A stretch of 64,000 bases of DNA from Lama glama (lineage: Eukaryota), in contig CM052816.1 of NCBI GenBank assembly GCA_028534125.1, positions 3,474,001-3,538,000 of the forward strand, read 5' to 3'. Below, piece by piece: positions 54,806 to 64,000 of the stretch; within the stretch, counting starts at the first letter, position 1; the number at the start of each line of letters is the position of its first letter. Made by a program: the position numbers and the translations under genes. The notes beneath the pieces were generated by a model. That model made no database searches. It was not told the DNA's origin and worked only from the letters and a program-made list of their open reading frames with translations.

Positions 54806-55383
54806 GTAAAATTTTCAGTGAAGTATGTTGAAGTACATGACTTAGATTTTTAAAACCCACAGTAGAGGTTTGCAGAAACGAACTAGGGAGAGCAGATAGA
54901 TCTAAGGGCCAAACGCATTGCCACTGTTAGGAAAGAGTTAAGGCATTTATAGACTTGTACTCTTGGCAGAAATAATGCTGATATCCTTACTTCTACACAT
55001 ACAGATGCTTCGAAAAGAAAAAAGAAAAATATGCAAAGACATTGAAATCATTATATGTCCCCTCTGTGTGGCCCAAGATTAGTGACATCCTGCAGAAGCA
55101 ACACCTGTCACCAGGGTTCCTCTGTTTTCTGGGTGTCCCCGTCATTCATTTTTTATTATTACAAAAGTGATTCAAGCTGCTTTATATAAAACCTTCAGGT
55201 GGTACAGACACCTGAAAGGAAAATTGAAGGTCCCATTCCTTCTTTCTTCTCCCCTCTTCTCTCTCCTCCGTGAGAGGTTGTTGTCCTGCCCTTGCTGATG
55301 TGTTAACAAAGGACAGGGAGGGGATGGAGCCTGGCCAATGGGAGCTGGTGTAGCCCCCAGGGAGCTAGATGCTGCCTGCAGAG

Positions 55384-55818
55384 CAGTGATTCTCAAACTA
55401 TTTGATGTCAGAATCTCTTTACACTCATAAAAATTAAAAGCTGAGAAATTAAAAACAATATACATTCATTTCAAAATAAATATAAGGAACCCATGACACG
55501 TTACCATAAATAACATTTTATGAAAAATAACTACATTTTTCTAAGTGAAAAAATATTACTGAGAAAAGTGGGATTCTTTTTACATTTTTTGCAAGTCTCC
55601 TTAATGCCTGGCTCAATAGGAGAGAGATGATTCTCGTATCGGCTTGCGTATTACATCATCAGAACACTGACATCTTCACATCACCTGTCACGTAACTGTA
55701 ACCTCTGGGAAACTCCACTGTACGTCTCATAAAAGAATGACAGTAAAAATGGCAAATTCTGTGTCAGGAAAATCATTTTGATCTCATGGGTCCCCTGGCT
55801 ATACTTTGAGAACCACTG
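55384..55818. mobile_element. Non-autonomous hAT-Charlie DNA transposon with both TIRs
   Basis: TIRs cagtgattctcaaa / tttgagaaccactg; 8-bp TSD ctgcagag (55376-55383) / ctgcagac (55819-55826), the length typical of hAT elements. Confidence 0.8.
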
Positions 55819-56273
55819 CTGCAGACATTTTGAAATTGAGTTCCATTTCGTCTTTCATCTTATTGCCTCTAGAAGTCTGAGTCAGCCAGGAGAAGAGCTA
55901 CACAGGGCTAGGCAGAGCCGAGAGGATCTGGGAACTGGCCAGCAAGGAGATTCGACAGTGGAGAGCACAGCTCACAGCCCAGTGATTTTTTTAAAATCTT
56001 CAGACCCCGCAGCCCAGCTGCCTGATGTTTTAGACTTAGGAAAATTTGCGGGGGTCTGGATAAAATTGTTTCAGATTTTCCAAGATTTTTTTTTTTTTTA
56101 AAAAGGTCTAATTTGTAAGACTGGCTTTGTTTAGATCTTGAGATGTTTGGGGCAGAAGGTGGTGGGATGCTGTGAAGCTGCCAGCCCCTGGAAGGTGTGA
56201 CAGTGACAGGAAATTCACATGAGGAGGCTGTTCAGAAGTGAGTGGCCCACACGCTTTCCCCGTGTCTCATCAG

Positions 56274-56367
56274 ATAAGTATGGCCAACAACTACGAGCTG
56301 CTCATGATCATCGCTCCCTCCCTGGGGCTGGTGTTCTTGCTACTGCTTCTGGCCTTTCGTCTCCGAG
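56274..56367 (+). CDS. TIMD4: TIMD4 exon 7, transmembrane helix
   Basis: Acceptor tctcatcag|, donor G|gtaagg, 94 nt. Encodes ISMANNYELLMIIAPSLGLVFLLLLLAFRLR, cf. human QLLMIIAPSLGFVLFALFVAFLLR. Confidence 0.93.
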
Positions 56368-56894
56368 GTAAGGAGGGCAGGACCAGGTGGGATGAAACCT
56401 TCAGAGCTTTGGAAGCTCCAGTGGGATCTGGGAGTGGATTGATTTGGCTTCCTGCCCCTTTCTCCATTCCTTGGAATCCCATTTCTGTCATCACTCCTGT
56501 CAAGGAGGTAACAGGTGAACTCATTCTGCCTAAGATGCTAAAGGCTTCATGCTTCGTCCCCCTGATAGAGTTTAGATTTGGGGAAAGAAAATTTTAAAAA
56601 ATAAGAACAACTTTATTTATTGGACACTTACTCTGTGCCAGTTCTCACCCTTGATTTGCCTCGCTCATTTCATCTTCCTAATGGCCTTAAGTCGAAAGCA
56701 CTGTTTTTTATCACTCTCCTGGGGTGGCCCAGCCTCATCCTCTGGCTAGGATTGCCCCAGGAAGACAGCCATGAATGATCCCAATCTTCTTACTTATTTC
56801 CTTAAAACAAGTTTTCTTAACCTAGGGTCCACAGACAGACCTCAGTGGACAGCTGAATCACTTGAAATCATGTGCAAAAGTACATGGAAGTTCA

Positions 56895-57020
56895 GGGAAA
56901 GGGTTTAGCTCAAGTGGTAGAGCGCATATGCGTAGCATGCACGAGGTCCTGGGTTCAATCCCCAGAACCTCCTTGAAAAATAAATAAATAGGTAAACTAA
57001 CTACCCCCATCCCCCTCCAG
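56895..57020 (+). mobile_element. tRNA-derived SINE (Vic-1-like) in TIMD4 intron 7
   Basis: A/B boxes (tagctcaagtgg, ggttcaatcc); near-identical TSD aaagtacatggaagttca (56877-56894) / aaagttacatggaggttca (57021-57039). Confidence 0.88.
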
Positions 57021-57685
57021 AAAGTTACATGGAGGTTCATATCTGGTCCTTGAACTTGCATTCCGCCCTTCCCTCAAAAACAGTTTCATTCAAGAAGAAG
57101 TCATAAAGCAGTTTGTAGTTTTCATGCAACGTATAGGCACGTGGCACCTGGTCCTGTTGTAAAATGGGAAAAAAAAATTGTTCTGTAGTCATTAATGGAA
57201 ACTGGGAGTCAGTGAGGAGCCATGACTAGTAGTAACCACCTCAGGCTGTTTGAGCACCAGCAGTGGAACCGGTGTGTCTCCACATCTGCCCCTAAGGAGC
57301 ACTGCAGAAGGAAATTTAGAAGTTAGTGGAAGCCTGACCTTAGCCTTCATACACAAAGGCATGTTACAGTTTTGGAAATTCTGGGTAGTCTCCTAAGAAG
57401 GTGTTTTAAAGCCAAGTGAATGCCTTAATTCAAATGACATTCAAATGACTCCAGAATAAAGCAACTTAACACCATTGCCCACAATGTTGTAAACGACAGA
57501 CACTAGCTGGAGCGTAAGAAGCAGTCGTCTGATCTGGGGAAAGGAATGGCTTTCTCTGCCGAATCCGGGTCCTAAAAATTCCCACCTTTGGACCACCTGT
57601 GCACGTCGTAAGGTAGCCTTGGGCCTCCCCCGGCGTTTCACATAAGCACAGCCACTCTGCTTCTCACGTGGTCCTGTCTTTTCAG

Positions 57686-57725
57686 GGAAACTCATGGAAG
57701 CCAGTTGTTTCCAGAAACACACAAG
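57686..57725 (+). CDS. TIMD4: TIMD4 exon 8, cytoplasmic
   Basis: Acceptor gtcttttcag|, donor AG|gtaatt, 40 nt. Encodes GKLMEASCFQKHT(R), cf. human GKLMETYCSQKHTR. Confidence 0.94.
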
Positions 57726-58799
57726 GTAATTCATCTTGCATGACTGATTGTTGTAATGATTATACACGCTGTTACAAATGATTAGATACTACTCAGTGGT
57801 TTAATGACTTTGCTTGTGTTCTGATTAAACACAGGGTTGGAGAGATGTGGCATCAGAGGTGAAAAAGATGTGAGGCTTCAGATCACATTAACCTCTGTCT
57901 TGGTCTAACCTTGTGTTATTTGTCCAAAATGCAAATACAGAGGCAGGGTGCATTAACAGAAGTATGGCATGCAAACGAAGGAAGGTGATATGTCACTCTG
58001 CACATTATTTGTTCAACTCTGGGTGACTCACTTTAAAAGGACATTGTTAAATTGGAGTTCATTGAGAGGAGAGTTGGCAGTGTAGAAAATGAAAAAACAT
58101 GTACAATGTCATTCCTGGGTTTAATCCCTCTGCCAAATTAGACCATGGGAGCAGTTCTTTGTTTGTTTTTAATAATATTGTCTTAGCTTTATTGAAAGAG
58201 AAATAAATTCTAATAAATTGTAGAAGCCATATCATTTTCATGTTTCCTGATTATATGTCTGGGTAATTTGTGACTGTAACATTTGGATATTTCTTTCTTG
58301 TTTTGTTTTTTGTTGTTGTTGTTGTGTTTAATAATTTGAAGAGTCTCTGGAAAGGGATTTCAGACACCTGTCCTGTTCTATAGCTTTTTGCAAAAGAAAT
58401 GAAAAGATTTGGTGTAACTGTGATGACTTTGCTTTCACTTAATAATTGCATCAGTACCACAATATCTATTAACAAATAAATATTCACAAGAGGGTTAGCA
58501 AGGTAACTTTTCAAAGTCATCCTTGAAGATCCTCTTGGTAAATAAACCCGTTTAGATCATGGTTTTATGTTTTGCCAATATAGAAACTTTACATTCCCTT
58601 ATTACAATAGATTGGCACATCTACGGCCTCAGTTTTCCCATCTGTGAAATGAGAGGCTTGGACTGGATGAACTCTGAGCCCTTTTAACTCTAACAGCCTT
58701 TGGTCAGTTGGTTAGTTGCTTTGTAGTTGAGCAGCACCCATTTATTTCTGGTTTTGGTGTTTCAGCCTCTCTTAATCAGCCTCTCTTCTCTCTTCACAG

Positions 58800-58872
58800 G
58801 CTACAAAATGTTGGAGAAGGTAAAAATGTCCTCAACGGAAGAGAAGATGAAGATGGTCTTTTCACACTCTGA
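58800..58872 (+). CDS. TIMD4: TIMD4 exon 9, coding part to stop
   Basis: Acceptor tctctcttcacag|. Encodes (R)LQNVGEGKNVLNGREDEDGLFTL-TGA, the characteristic TIM-4 C-terminus. Confidence 0.95.
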
Positions 58873-60161
58873 TGTACCCACTTTTTCTTAGGATTGAGGA
58901 TGGGGGTATATCATGTGATTTGTCAAAATAAGTCTTTGAAGGTTTCTTTTTTTAAAACCATCTATTGGTGTCATTGATCCTGTCTTGCTTCAGTTCGGCA
59001 GGTGAAAGGTTCTTTAGAGACCCCACATTCTCTGCCTCATCCTTTAATCTGCGCAACGTCACTGCTAAGTGATCTTCCACACTAGGCTTGCATGCCTTCA
59101 GCGATGGTGAACTCACTACCACACCCAAGGAAGTCCACTCAACCCCAGGGCACTTCTGAGACTTAGAAATGTTTAAAACATAGTCTGTCTTCAGATGGCA
59201 TCTGCCTGCTGGTCCTAGTTGGACCCCTTGTGCTCACATAGAACACATCTACACTCTCTTCTACCTGGCAGTGATGCTCCAGACACTGGAAGGGGAACCT
59301 CACATTTCTTCTCATTGCCTTGCTTCTGGGACACGATTTCTGGTCCCTTCTCTCCTCTACTTGTCTTCGCCTTGTATGCATTTGTATCTCTCCTTTTATG
59401 GCCAGCTGTAAGAATTCAGTGCCCCACTCCGGGTGTGGTATCCATCCCTGGGTTATTGATTATCACCAGTGACATACTGATGATATATCATGTGTTACAT
59501 ATTGATTATCATCAGTAATGCAGGCAACAACATAGAATCACACTGTCATTTTGACTCACCTCCAAGTCACCTAGGTTATCTGTTTTCTGTTCACCTTGGA
59601 GTATCTTTAGAGGTCATATAGTCATGGCATTACCTTTTAATTCTTGCTTGGGGAATTTAATTTTGGAAACAGCTAAGAGTTCATCACAGGAAAATGTGGT
59701 GAATGACATTCAAGCAGGGCCAGCATGTGGATGTGACAGTGAGGCAGTCACCCATCAGTGTCTCTAAATACAATTCATGCAATTGGCTCCTCGAAAAGAA
59801 CAGGTTTATTTAGACACATTAAGAGCCAGTAGCATGTAAAACCATGGAAGAGAGGTTAAAGCCAGCAGTTGTCAGAATAGATGAGTGGAAAGAATTTGCA
59901 CATGAGTGAGAGGCCTCTGGCCGGGCAGAAGGGTTGGCGTGTCAACCAGATCTGAAAGAAATTTGCCTGAAATACTTCTGGCACATTCAGGGCAATAGCA
60001 GCATTAAGGAAATCTGCCCACAGTCTTTCAAGGTGAGCATGTTGTTTATTTCTACTCTTTTGACATTACTTTTAGAAGAGGGAAAAAAATCAGATGAGTC
60101 TCTTGACTTGACTGGATCAGCTATAGATTCCTTGAACTGTTAGTTCATACAGATCCAGCAG

Positions 60162-60212
<51 letters not shown>
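60162..60212. repeat. (AAT)n microsatellite, about 17 units
   Basis: Directly visible pure ATA/AAT run. Confidence 0.97.
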
Positions 60213-60213
<1 letters not shown>

Positions 60214-60278
60214 CAAAAAATCCCCATCACTTGAACACTTGGGAAACACCGGCCCAGGGCAGCATGCCTTCTGCCTCA

Positions 60279-60742
60279 TGTCGACTGAAATAAATGCACA
60301 GCCTAAAAGTTGAGAATTATGTTTTATTCGCGGGATGACAGCCTCTCAGATGGCTCTGAGGGACTGCTCTGAAGAGGTAGAGGAGGAGCCAGGATATATA
60401 GGAGCTTTACAACAAAGACCAGGTAGTTGGAACAATAAAAGATTACTTGTTATCTAAAGAAAACCAGGCATCTCAAGTTAAAGAATTTAGGGCTTTTCTA
60501 TTTATGGGAGGAAGCAAACATTTGGGCTCATTGAATTCATTCCTTTGACAAGCACCTAGCTACCTAGGGCCAATGTCCTGTCCTTTCTTACTCTGAGTCC
60601 GCTCAGAGTGCACCACTGTGAGTGGCTGCAGAGGCCGGGCTGCAGGCTTGTCTTCACTGGGGGTGTGGTGGCAGCCGCTGATGACTTGGTGCTTTAAGCA
60701 TTCTATGTTTGCTGATATGGTTTATAGTATTTTTCATTCACA
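60279..60742 (-). mobile_element. ERV (class I-like) solo LTR, 464 bp
   Basis: TGT...ACA termini with 4-bp TSD ctca (60275-60278 / 60743-60746). On the - strand a TATA box (plus-strand ggatatata ~60392-60400) is followed by AATAAA (plus-strand tttatt ~60323-60328). Confidence 0.85.
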
Positions 60743-61306
60743 CTCACTCTTTCTGTGCTGAGTGGCGTGGCAGGTTTGGCCTAATGAAGGAAACAATTAG
60801 CAGCACTTTTTTTTATTTTTGGCTTGGCTTGGCTTGGCTTTTTCCTCTATGTTAGTTTAAATTCCAGAAATGGCTTGACCAGCATACAAAGTTGAAATTT
60901 AGAAACTGGGGGTAGGGGCTAGTGGTGGTGGATGGTTCTAGAGCCAGGTGCAGGGCCTCAGTGTCCCCATCTGGAAAATGGAGTGGGACGAGTTGCCCTT
61001 GTCTAGATAGTCAGATTCTACTCTTTGTGAGTGAGTGAGACACGCCGAAATTTGCTCACGCTCCCCACCCGTCTTCCCAACCACCACCATCAATGTCCCC
61101 ACCAACTTGAGTCTGACTAGAAAAAGAAGACAGCCAATACCTCGTGAACAGAGCATTTCTGCTCAATGAGTAGTCTTCTCTTTTGCAAACGGCCCATCTT
61201 CAGTCTTTTCCCAGGTATAGTATTGCAACTCCTTGGTCAGATTAAGAAACATTTAAGTGAGTAGTTGCAGTATTTTAGAACCGGTAATGGCCTCTACAAA
61301 CCTTTG

Positions 61307-61680
61307 TAGTTCTCAACCTGAGCTGAACATTGCAATTAACTGGAGAGTGTTTTAAAATGCCAATTTCTGAGTCCTATCCTTTTGTAATCCATCTGGGGTG
61401 TGGCCTGGACGTCTGATTTACCTGATTTTTTTTTTTTTAACGCTCCAAGTGGTTCTAACGTGCAACCAGGGCTGAGAACCACTGCTGTAGCTTTGGGGGT
61501 CTCAAATGATGCCCTTCAGACCGGCAGCAGCTTGGTCAACACCTGAAACTTGTTAGTCCTGTAAATTCTCGTCCCCGCCCCACACCTACTGGCTCTGAAA
61601 TGGCTCTGAAAGAGCCCAGCAATCTGTGTTTTAAGGAGCTTTCCAGGTGATTGTGCACGTTAGAGTCTGAGAACAATTGC
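61307..61680. mobile_element. Two adjacent MER5-type hAT MITEs
   Basis: gttctcaacc...gctgagaaccactg, followed by tctcaaa...tctgagaacaattg. Related copies at ~20367-20521, ~32096-32275 and ~44585-44750. Confidence 0.7.
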
Positions 61681-64000
61681 AGCATAATAACACCTCACAG
61701 GAGGATTGAGATTTTAAGAAAAGACTCTCCATGATGCGAGGCTCTTCGGTGGTGGGCGTGGCCACGTGGAGGGGCGGGCGTTTGCGCCTGGTCCCAGTGG
61801 AAGTCTTTGTCAGACCTAGGTTAAGCTGGCATCACTTTCTGCTTGCACTTCTATGGTAGCTTCTCCACGCTGCAGCAGAGGGGATCTTCTGAAAGCAGGT
61901 GTGAGATTTCCCGCCCCCGATTTCCACCTGTGGGCTGGGTGGGGGTGGGTGGGCTCTGCCTCAGGCTGGGGTGGCAAACTCAGAGGCCAGGCAGCTGATG
62001 CAGAGGAGCGAAGCAGTGGGGAGGGATGTGGTCCTTGGAATGTGTGTGTTTCCACTTACAGGCACGAACATTCACAGTTAGTGAAATGGTATCCTAGGCA
62101 AGCAAACCATGGCCCCGGACCAGAACATGGCAGCCAGTTTGAGACTCAAAGATCTAGGCAGTGGGGGGTGGGATTCACAAAACGATGAGTTAATAAACAC
62201 ATAACTCCTGTACTGAGGCTCCTTGATCACAGGAGGCTGTTGGGTAGTTGGTCCTTTTTCCCTCCCTGTGCAGTCAGGATGGATTGGTAGCTGAGGACAG
62301 ACTACTTCCAGTATCTGTGGGGCAGCAGGGGTGGGTGGCAGAAGCAGCACTTCCCTTAAGGAGCTTAAAAACCTAAATGAGACAAAACACATGTGGGAAG
62401 TGCAGTAGCATGGAATCCCATCAGCCCAGTGAATCAGGTATATTATTCCCTAGAAAACAGAAATAGAGATAGTGGAAGAAACCTGCTTACGGTCACGTAG
62501 TCCACCCCCTGGTGACAGAGCCCGGTCTGGAACCAGGCCTGAAGAACTCCATGCTCTTAACCACGACCGTGGACTTTACAGTGAGGACGGTCCTTGAAGT
62601 CTTCGTGTACGTGGAACTGAAGCCCTGACCTGCATGGATCTGCAATGGGCTTTAGTTTGCCCAGATCCATGGCAACCTGAGCGTTTTGATGGTTCTCCCA
62701 CGCCAACCCCTTTATAGCTCAATCTTCCCTTGTCCCCAGCTTACTTACTCGGAATCTTATTTGCATTTGCCGAGGAAGCTGCTAGTGGAGAAGCTGGCAG
62801 GAATCTTAATGAAGCCAGGTGGGACCCATTGAAATGGGCCCGTGTTGAACTAACTCATGAAGAGCTGGAACCAGCTGTCAGCAGGCTTAATGAAAGGTTA
62901 ACAGGAATCTGGCAATGGGTGGCTGGGGAGGCTTTTTGTCTCTCCAAAGAAAGTTGAGACTTGCTTGGATTCTCTGGGTGGAGGCAAGAGCCAAAGGAGG
63001 AAGCCACTTGTAACCACAAGGCTGGGTCTGAAATATAGAGTTTCATTTAGATTTGTAAACACGTTACAGTCTTAAAAAAAAAAAAAAGCACCATGAGTTC
63101 TCAACTCTCCAAGCATCAAAGAACAGCAAAGGGAAGTGTTCCCGAGTAAGATGAATGCTAATGCCGTCCTGAAGGAGCCTGGGGAGCCCTGGAGATGGCT
63201 GCTCGGAAAACAGAAGGTGGGTTCACTTTCTCATTGCACTGAAAGCTGCTCTTCAGTGGTTGTAGCTTTACCCGTGTTGCATAAGGAGTAGGGGGAAGAG
63301 GAGGGGGGCCGGAAAGACCCTACACATCCTTCAATTCAGCTCCCGAATTTCTTAGCTGATGAAGCTGAGGCCCGGAGAGGGGGAATGAGAGCCCAGGCTG
63401 CACAGCAAATCTGTACTTGCGCAGAGACCTAAACCGTGTACCTGGGACTCACCTCTATGGCTGTGTCATAACCTTGTCCTTGAAATTTCCTAACTCCACC
63501 TGGGTCCACCTGATTATTTGCTCTTTTGAAGTCACCTTCTGTAAGTTCTCTTTGGACATGCAACTCAACACTTCTTTTCCTTAAGTTATTTCTCCCAGCG
63601 CACACTTGACTCTATGGTGGGCTCCCGCTCCCAGAGAGAGGAACCAGAATGCGGGGGTGCACAACTTTCCCGTTGCTCTTCTAGGAACACCACCCTAAAC
63701 TAGGGTGACCAACTCGTCCCAGTTTTAAAACTCAAAATCCTTGCACGTGGGAACCCCCTCAGTCCCTGACAAACTGGGATGGTTTGTTGACCTAAGGCCA
63801 TGGCTAAATCAGAAATTGCAAACAACCCTTGAGTCCTTTCATTCCCAGCCCCTGCTCTTGAATTTATTGCAGGGAATATATATATTTTTTCTGTGACTTT
63901 GCAATTGGACAAAAGGGGAATTTAATTTCAGCTCCAGCATTAGAACAGACTTCTAAATCTGGATTCTAGACCCTTGCTATGCAAAATGTGGGGCTCAGAC

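Larger units (their letters stand above)
28777..58872 (+). other. TIMD4: TIMD4 gene, ATG to stop; 9 coding exons; T-cell immunoglobulin and mucin domain-containing protein 4 (about 353 aa with exon 5, 333 aa without)
   Basis: Exons assembled by hand with GT-AG boundaries and consistent phases. The product reads signal peptide, IgV (6 Cys, RGD, WFND), Thr-rich mucin stalk, TM helix and a short tail ending EDEDGLFTL, colinear with human TIM-4 as recalled. Confidence 0.95.

Noticed and set aside
1..64000. CRISPR arrays, operons, defence systems or another novel multi-gene system
   Set aside because: The DNA is mammalian intron/intergenic sequence. No regularly spaced repeat-spacer array and no unexplained long ORF was seen.

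Overview
Mammalian genomic DNA, not prokaryotic. It is probably from a camelid (camel/alpaca/llama lineage), inferred from tRNA-derived Vic-1-like SINEs and young L1 3' ends. The window holds one complete protein-coding gene, TIMD4 (TIM-4, phosphatidylserine receptor), on the + strand with 9 exons. The CDS is join(28777..28834, 32994..33335, 35525..35788, 37129..37212, [38294..38353], 54759..54805, 56274..56367, 57686..57725, 58800..58872), giving about 353 aa, or 333 aa if exon 5 is skipped. About 12 kb upstream lies a processed copy of ERH on the - strand with an uninterrupted 104-codon ORF, UTR sequence, a poly(A) remnant and a perfect target-site duplication. The rest is intron/intergenic DNA rich in L1, L2, MIR, MLT1, hAT elements, SINEs, an ERV solo LTR and microsatellites, plus a 100-N assembly gap. 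I see no evidence of a new biological system. The most notable oddities are the lost ancestral splice acceptor of TIMD4 exon 5 (AG->AA, with an in-frame AG 9 nt downstream), the open ERH retrocopy, and a solo LTR that carries the first canonical AATAAA downstream of the TIMD4 stop. Comparisons to human/mouse proteins and repeat-family names come from memory, not from a database search.
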